DNA of 64,000 bases from the NCBI GenBank assembly GCA_043228905.1, contig JBHGNT010000007.1, positions 3,968,001-4,032,000 on the forward strand, written 5' to 3'. Of this stretch, positions 50,600 through 64,000 are shown in pieces. Positions within the stretch are counted from its first letter, which is position 1, and the number at the start of each line of letters is the position of its first letter. Source of the DNA: Azolla caroliniana (lineage: Eukaryota; Plantae; Polypodiophyta). A program made the position numbers and the translations under genes. The notes under the pieces were generated by a model. It did no database searches and was not told the DNA's origin. It saw nothing but the letters and a program-made list of their open reading frames with translations.

Positions 50600-52046
50600 T
50601 TCACACACACACACAGTACCTTCCGCTACATAGAATCACTCACGATTCTTTATATGGTATCATAGCATGTGGTAGTCTAATTCACTCAACTGTGTTGTAT
50701 TGCTGCTCGCCGATTATTTACACAACCAACTCAACTACAGAGGAGAAAAATGAACACTTATATGGGAAGTACTTTGCCCACCGAGAAACTTGATGGATTG
50801 AACTTTGCATCTTGGGAATACAAGTTGCATCAATACCTTGTCAATCAAGGCTATTGGAGCTATATCGAAGGAGCTCACAAAAACCAACCCAACCTAGCAC
50901 ATATTAACTACCTAGGATGGGAGCAAGCGGTCAGTCGTGTGTTGTATTGTCTAGCATCATGGGTTCAAGATCACATGCTCGGCTATATCTAAGAGGCAAA
51001 AACGCCAAAAGAAGCTTGGGGCAACCTCAAGAAGATTTTCACAACCAACATGATCGCACGCAAACTTCAACTCTGCCAGGAGTTGAACAATATACAACAA
51101 AGGGATATGTTGATCACTGGCTATACCTTGAAGATCAAGGAGTTGTGTGATGCCCTCAGATTGATTAACATCATCATCGACGATGAAATGGTGCAAATAT
51201 GCCTCAGCGGCTGGCACCAAGATTCAGCACGATCATATCGGCCATTCTTGCAAGGGAGAATCCTCCCTCTTTTTTCGACCATCAGTCGATACTATTGGTC
51301 GATGAAAATCACATCCGACAAAGGAGCAATGCGCTCGATGGTCAGATGCTCTACTCTCAATCGGATGAGGGAAGAGGATTCGGCCGAGAAAACAGAGGCC
51401 AATTCGGTCAAGGTCAACAAGGTCAGCCAACCCGAGAACGCAGTTCCCACCATTGGGATGACGCCAAGAACACCCTTAGGGAGTTCGGCAGAAGGAGGAG
51501 TCATCCTACCGAACCAAGCCACCAAAACCGCATGATCGAATGCGGGTACAGTAGAAAACTCGGCCACTACAAAGAGGAGTGCCGAAAGAAGAAACGAGAA
51601 TCGATTTCGACCAGCCAACAACTCATGAACTATGCGACGAATTCCCATTATGACGACCACGGAGAAATGTTCGTAATGAGGCATAGAGCACACTCAATGT
51701 CAGCACAAGGTTTGACCGATAACTCTCCTTCATAGAATGTATGGTTTGTCAACTCTGGAGCATCCAATCACATGACGTCTCATAAAGATTGGGTCTGAGA
51801 GTTGAGGAAGCTCGATCGACCCGGCTATGTTGAAACTGAGAATGACACAACTCACTCCATTCAACATGTCAAAAATGTCCCATTCGGGAACAATGGCAAA
51901 CAAACCTACCTCAAGAACGTACTACATGTCCCAACCATCACGAAAAACCTGGTCTCAATCCGCCAAATAGTAGAACAAGGCATGCAAGTGCAATTTAACA
52001 ATGAATGGTGCTTCATTGAAAAAGACGATCAACTCATAGCTCACGG

Positions 52047-55000
52047 TGTCGCGAAGTTTCGTGCTCGTGTGTTACTTGAGCGGGACCACGGGGGTCTTGG
52101 ACTAGGGAGTACTCAAGGGATAAATAATAATTTATTTATTTATTTTAAATCTTATAAATATAAAGCACTCTTCGAACCCACTCTACGAATCCTCACACTA
52201 CGAATCCTCACTCTACGAATCTTCACTCTACGAATCTTCACTCTACGAATCTTCACTCTTCGAATCTTCACTCTACGAATCCTCACTCTACGAATCCTCT
52301 CATCGAATCCTCACTCTACAAATCTTCACTCTATGAATCCTCACTCTACGAATCTTCACTCTACGAATCCTCACTCTATGAATCTTCACTCTACGAATCT
52401 TCACTCTACTAATCCTCACTCTACGAATCCTCACTCTACGAATCTTCATTCTACGAATACTCACTCTACGAATCCTTTCTACGAATCTTCATTCTAGAAG
52501 TACAAGGAAGACACGAACAAGACAGAAAGAAAGAAGGAAGGAACACGAATGATATTGGCCAAAGGAGTAAATACGTGTTCGATTCCAACGCAAGAGGCCC
52601 CTTTATAAATAGGGTTTGATTACAATAGCAATTTCTAGCTAACCACCGGCTCAATCAAAACATAAATACTAAATGCCCTTAGAGACAAGAGCAAAACCAA
52701 CCACGGCGAAGATGAACACACGAGCACCATCAAAATGCCAACCCCAACGAACCACGACCACCCGAACGGCAAGCACACGGGCTCGCAACGACGAACGAGG
52801 CGAAGCAACGTCGAACGGGGCGAAGCAATGTTGAACCAATGAAGCTTGGGCTCACGAGCACTTCGAGTGCCGACGCAAAGAAGACGAGCACGTGGTGATG
52901 AGGGGATGAAGGGGTATGAGATGAAGAGAAGTGGTGAAGAAGAAGATGAAGAGCTCCGAAGGAAAAATGATGATAGTCTCCTCCTCCAAAAACGTCCTCC
53001 CGAATGAGCCCCCCTCGACCTCCTTTTATAGAAAAAAAAAGAAAGGGGGGTCGCCAATTTCGTCTTTAATGCAAAAAGGAATAAATTTCCTTAAATCACG
53101 CTACACAATAAGACTAGATTTGAACCGTGCACCTCTAGCTAAAAGTCAATGTAACTATCCACTAGCCCATTAACTCTCTCTTATATAATATATAATTCTA
53201 TCTCCCTCTACCTTTTATCTCTCCTCTCTCTTACTTTTTGCACGAGCTTCTATACATCCTTTTCACCCTTTCTTTTCCCTTTTATTTTGCATATGCACAA
53301 CTAACCGGCATTGTGTGCACACACATTGCACATGCACATTTTTGACCCCGCCCCCCCTTTCGTCGGTTTTTCCCACTCTCGAGCACGCCACATCACGACA
53401 TCCACCCCCACCAAACCGCACATCCTCCAGTATGTGCCAAGAATGGCGGGCTGAGGGTGGTCAATAGTTCATTTCCTCCTCCTCATTGACCCTGCGGCTT
53501 GTTGTTTGCTCGCCTTTATCTTCGTCAAGGTCATCGAGGCTTGGCTCCCTGTCGTGTCTCTTTTTGAAGATTTTGACCCGCTTCCCTGCTATTAGTATTG
53601 CCAGCTTAATCCCATCGAGTTCAGCGAGATGGTAGGTAGCATTATCGTTTGCACTCGTTACCACGTACGGCCCGAACCATCGCTTTGCGAATTTCCGCAT
53701 CGAGCTATGTTGATTGTTGAGACTACTATCATATACAATCACCCTGTCTCCTTCTTCGATCTTGCGAGGGTGTAGTTGGTGCATCTTGTCGAACCGGGCT
53801 TTGTTACTTAGCCTAGCCGCTTCTAACCTCTCCTTTGCCAACTCCAAATCTTCGGGTCTTCTCTCAAGTTGCCTTATCCTTGTTGCTAGAAGTTCTTCTC
53901 GACTCATCTCGTTTTCCCACGGCATCGCTACCCATGAAGCGATCGTGTCTTCAATGGACATCGCCGGCTTTTGTCCGTACATGAGTTCAGCTGGCATGAA
54001 ACTGTAATTGAGCTATGAGTTGTTCTGTCAGCCCACAAGGCATAAGGTAGTAACCAAGGCCAATTCCCGACTCGCCCATCGCAAGCTCTTACAATGGCTT
54101 TTACGATAGGCCTGTGTCCGCGTTCTATCTTTCCATTAGCCTCTAGGTTATAAGTGGTCATGAGAGAGAGCTTCACTCCAAGTCGTTCAAAGAGCTCTGT
54201 AGCTTTGTGAGCGTTCAACTCTCCTCTGTCGGCCACTATCTTTCCCACAGTACCTACAGATGACATCCTCGAGTAAGAATTTACACACCCCCATCGTCGT
54301 TTTGTTTGCCAAGGCTCACCCTTCTACTTGGTTTGTTAGGTCTTCTCTTGCTAGCACCAAATATTTCATTTGGCTCACTCCGATCGGCATCGAAACCAAA
54401 TCCACCATCCATTTGAAGTGTATGGTGAGTGGGTAGGTCGGGTGCAACTCGTCCCTATGGCGTATGTTGGAGTGTATCTGGCAGCTTTCACACGTCCCCA
54501 CGAAATGGGTGACATCCGTGTACATTCCCGACCACCAATACTTCTCCTTTAACTTCTCGAATGTTGCCCACATTCCTCTATGGCCCGCCCAAGGACTCTC
54601 GTGGAACTCAGACACCAATGTTGTCTGGTCCTCTTCCTTTATGACGACTCGTTGTGGCATCCCCGTCCTTCTCTTCGGGTGCCTCCAGAGGAATCCCCCT
54701 CGTAGGAAGTACTTGTACGCTTTCTTTCGGACTCTCTGAGCTTCCTCCTTCGACCATGAACTATCCACCGTCATTGAGCTTAAGAACTTGCCAATGTTTA
54801 GCCACTCCCCTTCGTATTCACTTTCGTTGAAGGCGTGGAGTACTCGCACATCTCAATCATCTATAGACGCTTGGGCCGTCTTAAAGAAGTCAAGAGTGAC
54901 ATCCTCATCTTCAGACACCATGTCGTTTTCGCCCTCGAATCTTGCCCTCGATAACATATCTGCCATGACATTGTTCTTCCTTGAAATGTGGTGAATCTCC

Positions 55001-58000
55001 GGGTTCATTGATTTGATGTAAGCAATCCATCTTAGCATAGCTAGGTCAGGTGTTGCACACCTCGAAACCATCCCTAGGATTGGAAGGCAATCCGTCTCTA
55101 TTACCACCTCTGACCCGATTAGATAATCTTTATCCGCCTTCACTACGGACACAATACCCCAAAGCTCACGTTTTACTTGGGCGTATCCTCGTTGTCGCTC
55201 GCTTAAGACCTTGGCTCCAAACCGAATGGCGTAGCGTGTACAATCCTCTCCTTCTTGGTTGATGACCCATCCGATCCCTGTTGGACTCATATCTAACGTC
55301 ACGTAGATGGGCACCCCATCCTTGTATACGGCTTTTCGTAAAGTTGGTGCCGCTACCAACATTCCTTTGAGCCTCATCATGGCCTATGTGTGCTCTTCCT
55401 CCCACTTGAACTTCCGCCCCTTCTTGAGTAGCCCATACAAGGGCTCGGCTAGGTGAGCATAGTGTGGGATCCTGATGTGGTAGAATGCACAAGCACCAAG
55501 AAATCGCCTCACCTCTATTTGCAATTTACATTCTTCCCTCATGTTTGTGATGGCGTCCACCTTTTCCGGGGATGGCTTCTATCCGTACGCCCCGCACAAG
55601 TGTCCAACCACAAGGATCTCTTGTTGGCCGAATGCCGATTTCTCACCCGAGAAGGTCAAACGTGCATCTTCGAGTCTTTGTAGAACCTTCTCGCAATCAG
55701 AGATATGATATGCCACAAAACGTCTGCACCCATCCTCGTCCAAGGTTTCATCTTTCTCTGCTTTAGAGCACCCTTTTATGGGGATGTCATCGAGGAATGG
55801 CATGGTGATGTCGGGGATGCAATCTCTCAATACCTTGTTCATTGCATTTACCATGTGGGCTACAGAGTTAGTACCTCCTTGTGGCAAGGTACACATTCGC
55901 ACTAGGCCGATAGGGGTCTGCATCGTCGTGATGTCCCTACTCTCCACAACTAGTTGGAATTGATCATACCCCGAGTATAGATCACCAATCGAATAAATAG
56001 ACCTTCCAGCAAAGGCCTCAGAGAATTCGTCAACGCTCGGTCCGACCCCTGCATTTCGAATTGTCACTTGATTAACATGTTGTAGGTCCTCGATGAAGCG
56101 TAAGGTGTCGTTCTTCTTTGGCACAGTGAACCACCGATACGAGTATGGGGTGCTTGATGGCTCGAGGATGCCCATCTCGATCTTTTCCTTGAGTAGGTCA
56201 ATCAACTTCGGGATGTGAGATCTCAGAACCGGGATTGGTTTGATGTTCCACGGTACATGCGGCACCATAAAGATCACCATTGGTTCCACGATCTTAGGGT
56301 TTACACACCCTATCTCACCCGACGAGAAGGCGAAAGCCCTTCCGTGGTTTTCGATCATCCTTCTAAATCTTTCCTCCTCCCTAGGCAAAAGAAGCCACCC
56401 CCACCAATCCGGAGCTTCTGTAGCGTCTCGTCGATGAACCGGGTCCCGCAAGCTAGGCAAGCTAGGATCAACCGCTACCCCCTTTATCTGATCCCAACTA
56501 TCGTTAGGCAATGGGGCAACCACAGGCTTCACCTTCTTGTCCACGGTCTTGTACTTCGTTTGCACCTTGACCTTCCTCGCTTCCTCAATCAACCGCTCAA
56601 GCTCTTCGATGGTGGTGTACATGTCAACTGAGTTGACTGGAATTACCTTTCTTCCTTGAGGCCCGAAACGACTACCCTCTCCATCTCTCTAAGAGTGTCG
56701 TCGAACGAGACCACCTCCATGGCGCCGCTTATGGTGTCATCTTCCCCCAATAAATTACATTGTTTGAGATACCTTTCGTATCTCTTGGCCCTAGACTTAT
56801 CTCTATCACTTAAACTAGTAATTTTACAAGCTCCATTTTCGGAGAACCAAAATTGTTTCCTATTACATTTAATAGTTTTACAAGGGTTTAGGGTCTTAGT
56901 TTGCCTCGCTTTAATAGCCCGTATCAAAAATCCTCTCGGCTCTCCCCTTTGAGGGAGGCTCGATTGCGCTCATGGTTGGGCCTCACCGTAAGGAATTGGA
57001 CCGAATGCTTCCCATCTTGGCTCTTGACCCTCGCATATGCCGACCCGTTGTCTAGCACCTTCGTCTCCATGTGAGCTGTCGTGATGTATGGTTCACCCAA
57101 GATGACCGGGTGCGAGGACATCTCTTGAACAAAGAAATGTTGATTTATTTCTACGTCCCCCACCTTCACACGTACATTCAGGCAAGCCCCGTATAGCTCC
57201 TCGGTTGCTCGGGTCGCCGCTCTAATCTTCCACCCGTGCTTCATGTTGATCGGCCACTTTCCCTTTTTATAAAAGTCCATGGACATAAGGTTGATCTCAG
57301 AGCCATGTTCAATCAATACTACAACCGACTCTTTTACATCCCTGACCCGTATCGGTGTCTCCGTTGTCGCTCTTGCCCAATGCGGCCTCGTGTAGTGACT
57401 GTCTGCATAGTCTTCGTCTTCCTCAGGAACCTCAGTTGACAATGCATTTACAATCGCGGGCTTTGCTACTTCTTGCTCCGTCGAGAGACGCTTACTCTTC
57501 ATTAGGTCGATGATGACCTCGTGGAATTCTTTCTTGGCAATTCCGAGGACCTCTCGCAGAGTAAACTCTACACGACTATCGAGAATCCTTTCCTCCACTA
57601 CCTTCTTCAAGTCCGTTGCTTGTTCAATCTTCGAGAAAAGCTTGAAGTTGGGGGGGTTCCCCTTCTCTTTCTTGATGGACCGGCTCCCTCGTCATTTCCT
57701 ACCTTCTTCTCTCCTACCATTACTTCATAGTTTTGGCAAGCGGCTTCCACTAAGCCTGTCTTTTCTTCCACCGTATCCTTCCACCCGGTTGCTTCTTGGA
57801 CCCTTCTTTCCACTTCGTCCGCTTCTTCTCTTTTGAACTTTCCCTTAGAGAGGCTTCCAAGGATTGACGGCCAAAAGTCAAACTCTTTCTCCTCTTGCCT
57901 CCTCACCTCTTTGCCCACTCGGATCCCAGCCGACGCCGAGTAGTGGACGGCTTCAACATGTCGTGCTTCAGCCTCCTCCATTAGCCTTCTCATGCCCCCT

Positions 58001-60431
58001 CGGCCTTGATTCAATCCCAAGGGGAGCCTTGTCTCCGTCGAATAGACCCTATTGTTCCAAAGATAGACAACATCCCTTTTTAGGGCCTCTTGAAAGTCTC
58101 CACACTCCCTTTGTAGGTGGTCGGGATTGTCACACCACATACATCTTTGCGCGAACGGGAGACGTCGATCTTGAGGGCCGCCACTCTCTCTCCTAGCTTG
58201 TGCTATTTGGAGATCTCACACCATCTTTGTGAGCTCGTCTATTGCCGACCCTCCCGACAGTGCTTCAACCACGTTTCTCTCGGCGACGAACCTTGCATTT
58301 GCTTTCTCTCTTTCTTGAGGTATTCTATCACCCATGGGTTCGTGTGTCTCACTAATGGAGCCTGTGGATGTTTGGCCGCTCAACGGAGACCCGTCGTTCC
58401 ATTCCCTTCTCTTATCGAAGCAACTACAAACCCATTTTACCATAGCCCAATCCATCGTGAGCCCATCATCAGGTTCGAGGAGGGACCCGACCTTCTCTCG
58501 GTCTCGTACATCAACAGCCTTTATGAATAGTAGGACCTTGCTTGTGTCAAGCACCGTCCTATCGAGAGCCGAGAGTCGTGCAAAGCGCTTCTCAATTTCT
58601 TATAGAATTACCATAGTATTTCTCCCCTTGCCGAGAAGCTCAACCCACTCCACTAGATCCCTTTTCGAAATTCTGAGTGAGTCATCAAGGTCGTACTTCT
58701 CGAGGAGTCTTTCTTCGAACTCCACCCAATTGCAACAGTCCGCTTAGATCTCAAGTACCTCTGCGTGGATACTCGGCGTTACCACTCTAGCGAATCCGAT
58801 TAGCCGCCTATCTTCAGGGACGTTTCACATAAGCATCTCGGCCTTATAGGCATCCAAGTAGCTCGTGATATCTCTTCCATTGAACCGACCCGTTGTGCTA
58901 ACCACCATCTCTATGGCCCGGTCTAGGCCGGTGATGCCTTCTCGAGCATTTACCAAGCAGTCCACCACCGCCACCATAGCTTCAACGAGTTCTCCTCCTC
59001 GCATATTGGTTCTCCCTTGCCGCCGTTTCACGTCGGGTTCACCAATTTATGTCGCGAAGTTTTGCGCGCATGTTTTACTTGGGCGGGACCACGGGGGTCT
59101 TGGACTAGGGAGTACTCAAGGGATAAATATTTATTTATTTATTTATTTTAAATCTTATAAATATAAAGCACTCTTCGAATCCACTCTATGAATCCTCTCT
59201 ACGAATCCTCACTCTATGAATCCTCACTCTACGAATGCTCACTCTACAAATCTTAACTCTACGAATCTTCACTCTACGAATCTTCACTCTACGAATCCTC
59301 ACTCTACGAATCCTCACTCTACGAATCTTCACTCTACGAATCCTCTCTAAGAATCCTCTCTACGAACTCACTCTACGAACTCTCTCTACGAATCCTCTCT
59401 ACAAATCCTCTCTTCGAACCCACTCTACGAATGCAAGAGGACGATAACACAAACACAAATGCTCGTACGTCTTTATGAGGAGGAGAGGTGCATGGGCACG
59501 CCCGAAACGCTCCCTCGTCACAAGACGGTTGAACGTACAAGGAAGCCACGAACAAGAAAGAAGGAAGGAAGGAACACAAATGATATCGGCCAAAGGAGTA
59601 AATACGTGTTCGATTCCAACGCAAGAGGCCCCCTTATAAATAGGGTTTGATTACAATAGCAACTTCTAGCTAACCACCGGCTCAATCAAAACATAAATAC
59701 TAAATGCCCTTAGAGACAAGAGCAAAATCGACCACAGTGAAGATGAACACACGAGCACCATCCAAATGCCAACCCCAACGAACCACGACCACCCGAACGG
59801 TGAGCACACAGGCTCACAACGACAAACGGGGCGAAGCAACATCGAACCAATGAAGCTTGGGCTCACGAGCACTTCGAGTGCCGACGCAAAGAAGACGAGC
59901 TCGTGGTGATGAGGGGATGAAGGGGTATGAGATGAAGAGAAGTGGTGAAGAAGAAGATGAAGAGCTCCGAAGGAAAAACGACGATAGTCTCCTCCTCCAA
60001 AAACGTCCTCCCGAATGAGCCCCCCTCAACCTCCTTTTATAGAAAAAAAAAGAAAGGGGGGTCGCCAATTTCGTCTTTAATGCAAAAAGGAATAAAATTC
60101 CTTAAATCATGCTACACAATAAGACTAGGTTTGAACCGTGCACCTCTAGCTAGAAGTCAATGTGACTATCCAATATCCCATTAACTCTCTCTTATATAAT
60201 ATATAATTCTATCTCTATAAATTCTTAGCTAGTCTCCCCTTTACCTTTTATCTCTCCTCTCTCTTACTTTTTGCACGAGCTTCTATACATCCTTTCCACC
60301 CTTTCTTTTCCCTTTTATTTTGCATATGCACAACTAATCGCCTTTTGTGCACACACATTGCACATGCACATTTTTACCCCCCCCCCCCTTTTCGCCGGTT
60401 TTCCCACTCTCGAGCACGCCACATCACGACA
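52047..60431 (-). mobile_element. Gypsy LTR retrotransposon related to 28186-34603, older
   Basis: LTRs 52047-53400 and 59050-60431, PBS (Trp) 59044-59026, PPT ~53410-53401, TSD ACGG/ACGA. Homologous gag-PR-RT-RH-INT with many stops. 15-bp ACTCTACGAATCCTC arrays in both LTRs. Confidence 0.93.
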
Positions 60432-60454
60432 ACGATCGACGAGAAGGCCGAATG

Positions 60455-61451
60455 TGTTGGGAGACAGGTCCCTCCGGATGGGAAGAGAGAAGAATAGTGC
60501 CGATGAACAAACTCGGCCGAGGCCGATAGGTCGAGGCCGAAACCGGATGAGGAGTACCCGGCTACGGAGAGCCGAATGACGCAGACCCGGTGAGAACTGG
60601 ATGAGGAGTACCCGGCTACGGAGAGCCGGATGACGGAGACCCAGTGAGAACCGGAGTCCCCGGCTACGGAGAGCCGGATTGCGCAGACCCGGTGAGAACC
60701 GGATGAGGAGTACCCGGCTACGGAGAGCCGGATGACGCAGACCCGGTGAGAACCGGATGAGGAGTACCCGACTACGGAGAGCCGGATGATGCATACCCGG
60801 TGAGAGTCAGATGAGGAGTACCCGGCTACGGAGAGCTGGATGACGCAGACCCGGTGAGAACCGGATGAGGAGTACCCGGCTACGGAGAGCTAGATGGCGT
60901 AGACCCAGTGAGAACTGGATGAGGAGTACCCGGCTACGGAGAGCCGGATGGCGCAGACCCGCTGAGGAATGCCGAAACCGGATGAAGAGACATATTCGTA
61001 AATATGTTTCTGAGAGTCCATCGAGGTTATATTTATAAATAGCCGAAAAGTCATATTAGTATAAATATGACTTAGGGCAAACTTTTAACTGGTGGTTGTC
61101 ATTCTTGTTGGTGCAAGAAGCGAGAGCACGTAACAGTGTATAGAGAGAGAGAGAGAGAGAGAGAGAAAGAAAAAGAGGTCGTTGCCTCTGTTGTAACCAC
61201 CGCCTGTGGCGAGGATCGTGAGCACGAGGTCGTTGCCTCCGTGAACTCACTGTTGTACATTCTAACATAGCGATAGTTTGCAGCCTGTGGGCTGCCGTGG
61301 TTTTTCCCTTAGTTTGGGTTTTCCACGTTAAACATCTTGTGTACATTTTCCTCTCCTTTGTGTCGTGTGTTTTCTTTTCCCGTTTTCTGTGTATGATTCT
61401 AAGCTCGGTTGTGGCCGAGCGTTGCGTATAGGGAGCGTGCAGTTCCCGTCA
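60455..61451 (+). mobile_element. Copia solo LTR (related to the LTRs of 18738-24062) with a 54-bp tandem array
   Basis: TGTTGGG...CCCGTCA with GAATG TSD (60450-60454/61452-61456); ~8 copies of a 54-bp unit at 60540-60985. Confidence 0.9.
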
Positions 61452-64000
61452 GAATGTTCATCCTCGAGTCGAACAAGTGAAGTCAGTCATGTTTGCAAAA
61501 GGCCTCAAAGTCAAAACTAACTTGAAATTGTGGCACAAGAGAATCGGCCACATCAATCTCTAGAAGCTCGAAAACATGCAATCGAAAGGAGTTGTCATCA
61601 GACTCCCGAACTTTACAGAAAGAGAGAGCATTGGCATACGTGAGGTGTGCCAATTCAGCAAACAACAGTGACTTCCATTCCCGAAAGAGAGGAATGTGAG
61701 CAAAGGAGTCCTGGATGTAGTCCACTCTGATGTTTGAGGACCGGCAAAGACAACCACATTCGGCGTATTCCGATATTATGTCACGTTCATCGACGACTTC
61801 TCTAGGCACACCTAGATCTGCCCTATGCGATAGAAGAGCGAAGTGTTCGAACACTTCCAGAAATTTAAGAATGAAGTCGAAAAAGCCACAAGTCGGCATG
61901 TCCGATGCCTTTGATCCAATGGGGGTAAAGAGTACTTCTCGGCTGAATTCACAGCTTATCTCTGAAAGGAATTCGACGAGAGGTCTCATGCCAACACACA
62001 CCTCAACAAAATGGAGTGGTCGAACGCAAGAATCGGCACATATTAGAGCTGGCAAGAGCAATGATGAACAAAAAACACCTACCAAAATTGTATTGGGCAG
62101 AAGCGGTCAACACAACCATCTACCTCATGAATAGGTGTACAACCTCCGGAGTGCACGACGTAATGCCCCATGAGAAGTTATTCGGGAAGAAGGCAGACTT
62201 ATCCATATTAGGATATTCAGCTCAATCGCCTATGTACATATTCCTGACGATAAGAGACATAAGCTCGATCCCAAGTCGAAGAAATATATCCTCATAGGGT
62301 ACTCAAGTCTCGAACAAAAAGGGCACAAGCGTTATAATCCATCTACCCGAAAAGTTTGAGTGAGCCGTGATGTCGCCTTCGACGAGTCGGCATCCTGGTA
62401 CGAACCAGAGACGACTTCAACCTTAGCCCCGGTCGACCCGGATTCGGCCGACCAAGAGATAGAAGACAAAGATTGACTCAGGCACATGTTCGAAGAAAGT
62501 CCAAATACAACTAGATTGAGTGGACCTCAAGAGCCTCCGAGCGATCAAAGCACACCTCAGCCGAGTCCGAAGCTAGACAAAGGGAAGGCCAAAATGCCAG
62601 AATATGAGGACCTAGTCGACAACAAATTGACACACTCACTCGATAGTGAGCTTGAAGGCCTCGATATTCCTATGATCCAGACGAATGGAGCGAAGAAAGT
62701 GATTATCGTTGCAAACGAGAAACTTCGTCGCTCTACCCGAGAGAAAAACCCGATTAGCCGATTCGGCTACGACGACTATATGGCATATCACTATGCCTTT
62801 ATGATGAAAGTGGCGACCATCCGAGAACCGGAAACATTTTCCTAGGGAGCCAATGATCCACTATGGATTGAAGCAATGAACAAGGAGATGCAGGCGTTAT
62901 GCAACAACAAGACATGTGATCTCATCCCCCGTTTTCCACACAAGAAAACGATCAGATGTAGATGGATATATAAAATAAAATATAATGCCAACGACTCAGT
63001 GAACCGCTACATGGCACGACTCATAGCTAAGGGGTATGCTCAAATACACAGAGTTGACTATGAGGAGACCTTTGCCCTAGTGGCAAAGATGACAACTATT
63101 CAAACAATCATTGCTCTCACAGATGCTAAAGGGTGGCATCTCCATCAAATGGATGTAAAGAACGCCTTGCTACAAGGAGAATTAGAGGAGGTCTTCATGA
63201 TTCAACCACCCGGTTTCGAATTGATCAAGCATCTAACCGCAGTCTACCGACTCAAGAAGCCATCGTACGAACTCAAGCAAGCACCGCGTGCGTGGCACTC
63301 GAAGATCACTCAGTATCTTCACCAAATCGGCTTTCGAATGTCGAAATCGGATAACTCTCTCTACATCAGAAGCAAGTCGGACAACCCGATTGTCATCATC
63401 CTATACATGGATGATCTGGTCATCGGGGGAAAGAATCTAGCCGACATTAGTAAGATCAAATTACTCCTATCCGGCATCTTCGAGATGAAAAATATGCATG
63501 AGCTCCATTACTTCCTCGGTATCGAAGTAATTCGGACATCAATCAGGACACTAATCTCCCAACGACACTATATCCTCACCTTACTCTACAAATTCGGGAT
63601 GATTGAGTGCAAACCTATGTCAACCCCTCTCGATCGAAACCTCAAACTCGATGCCGACTCTAGAACAGAAGAGTGCGAGGCGACTTAGTATCGTCAACTG
63701 ATCGGCAGCTTGATATATCTTACCATCACCCGACCTGATCTCAATTACTCGGTCGGCCTCATTAGCCAATTCATGCAGACTCCACGTGACATTCACCTCA
63801 ACTATGCTGAGTACTAAGGTATGTGAGTGGGATGTTGGATTTCAACATCCTCTACAAATCGGCCACACCGCTTTGGCTCGAAGGGTACACTGATGCCAAA
63901 TGGGCCGGTTACAAAGCCGACAGACGATCAACTTCAAGAATTGTCTTCTCCTTCGGCAGTAGAGTCATCTCCTAGAGCAGTAAAAAGTAGCTGACATTCG

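Larger units (their letters stand above)
47806..64000 (+). mobile_element. Decayed copia retrotransposon hosting LINE, gypsy and solo-LTR insertions; runs off the window
   Basis: 5' LTR 47806-50654 (split by the LINE), PBS TGGTATCATAGC at 50655, gag from ~50762, PR ~51740-52046, INT/RT 61452-64000. Confidence 0.88.

Overview
This is transposon-dense, eukaryotic (peri)centromeric-type DNA, most likely from a non-seed land plant (inferred from a Tcn1-like chromovirus, copia/gypsy lineages and GT-AG introns). No intact host gene was found. The window is a nest of LTR retrotransposons (copia, a chromodomain gypsy, two tRNA-Trp-primed gypsies, solo LTRs), a LINE, a Sola2-like DNA transposon and a ~6.8 kb 178-bp satellite array. 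The standout is a 9.3-kb TIR DNA transposon (702-10015). It carries a DUF7869/Sola-like DDD transposase and, divergently, a 6-exon gene for a ~974-aa ParB-like + beta-class N6A/N4C DNA-methyltransferase fusion. The first intron of that gene holds 11 25-bp palindromes (several perfect) phased at 51 bp. A second, diverged, internally deleted member of the same family (39124-42395; 34-bp TIRs, TTAC TSD) keeps the transposase C-terminus, the MTase motif-I/last exon with the same intron, and its own palindrome array with the same CGAT-N7-ATCG core. The architecture is therefore a conserved mobile system rather than a chance juxtaposition. All family assignments come from motif recognition by eye; no searches were run.
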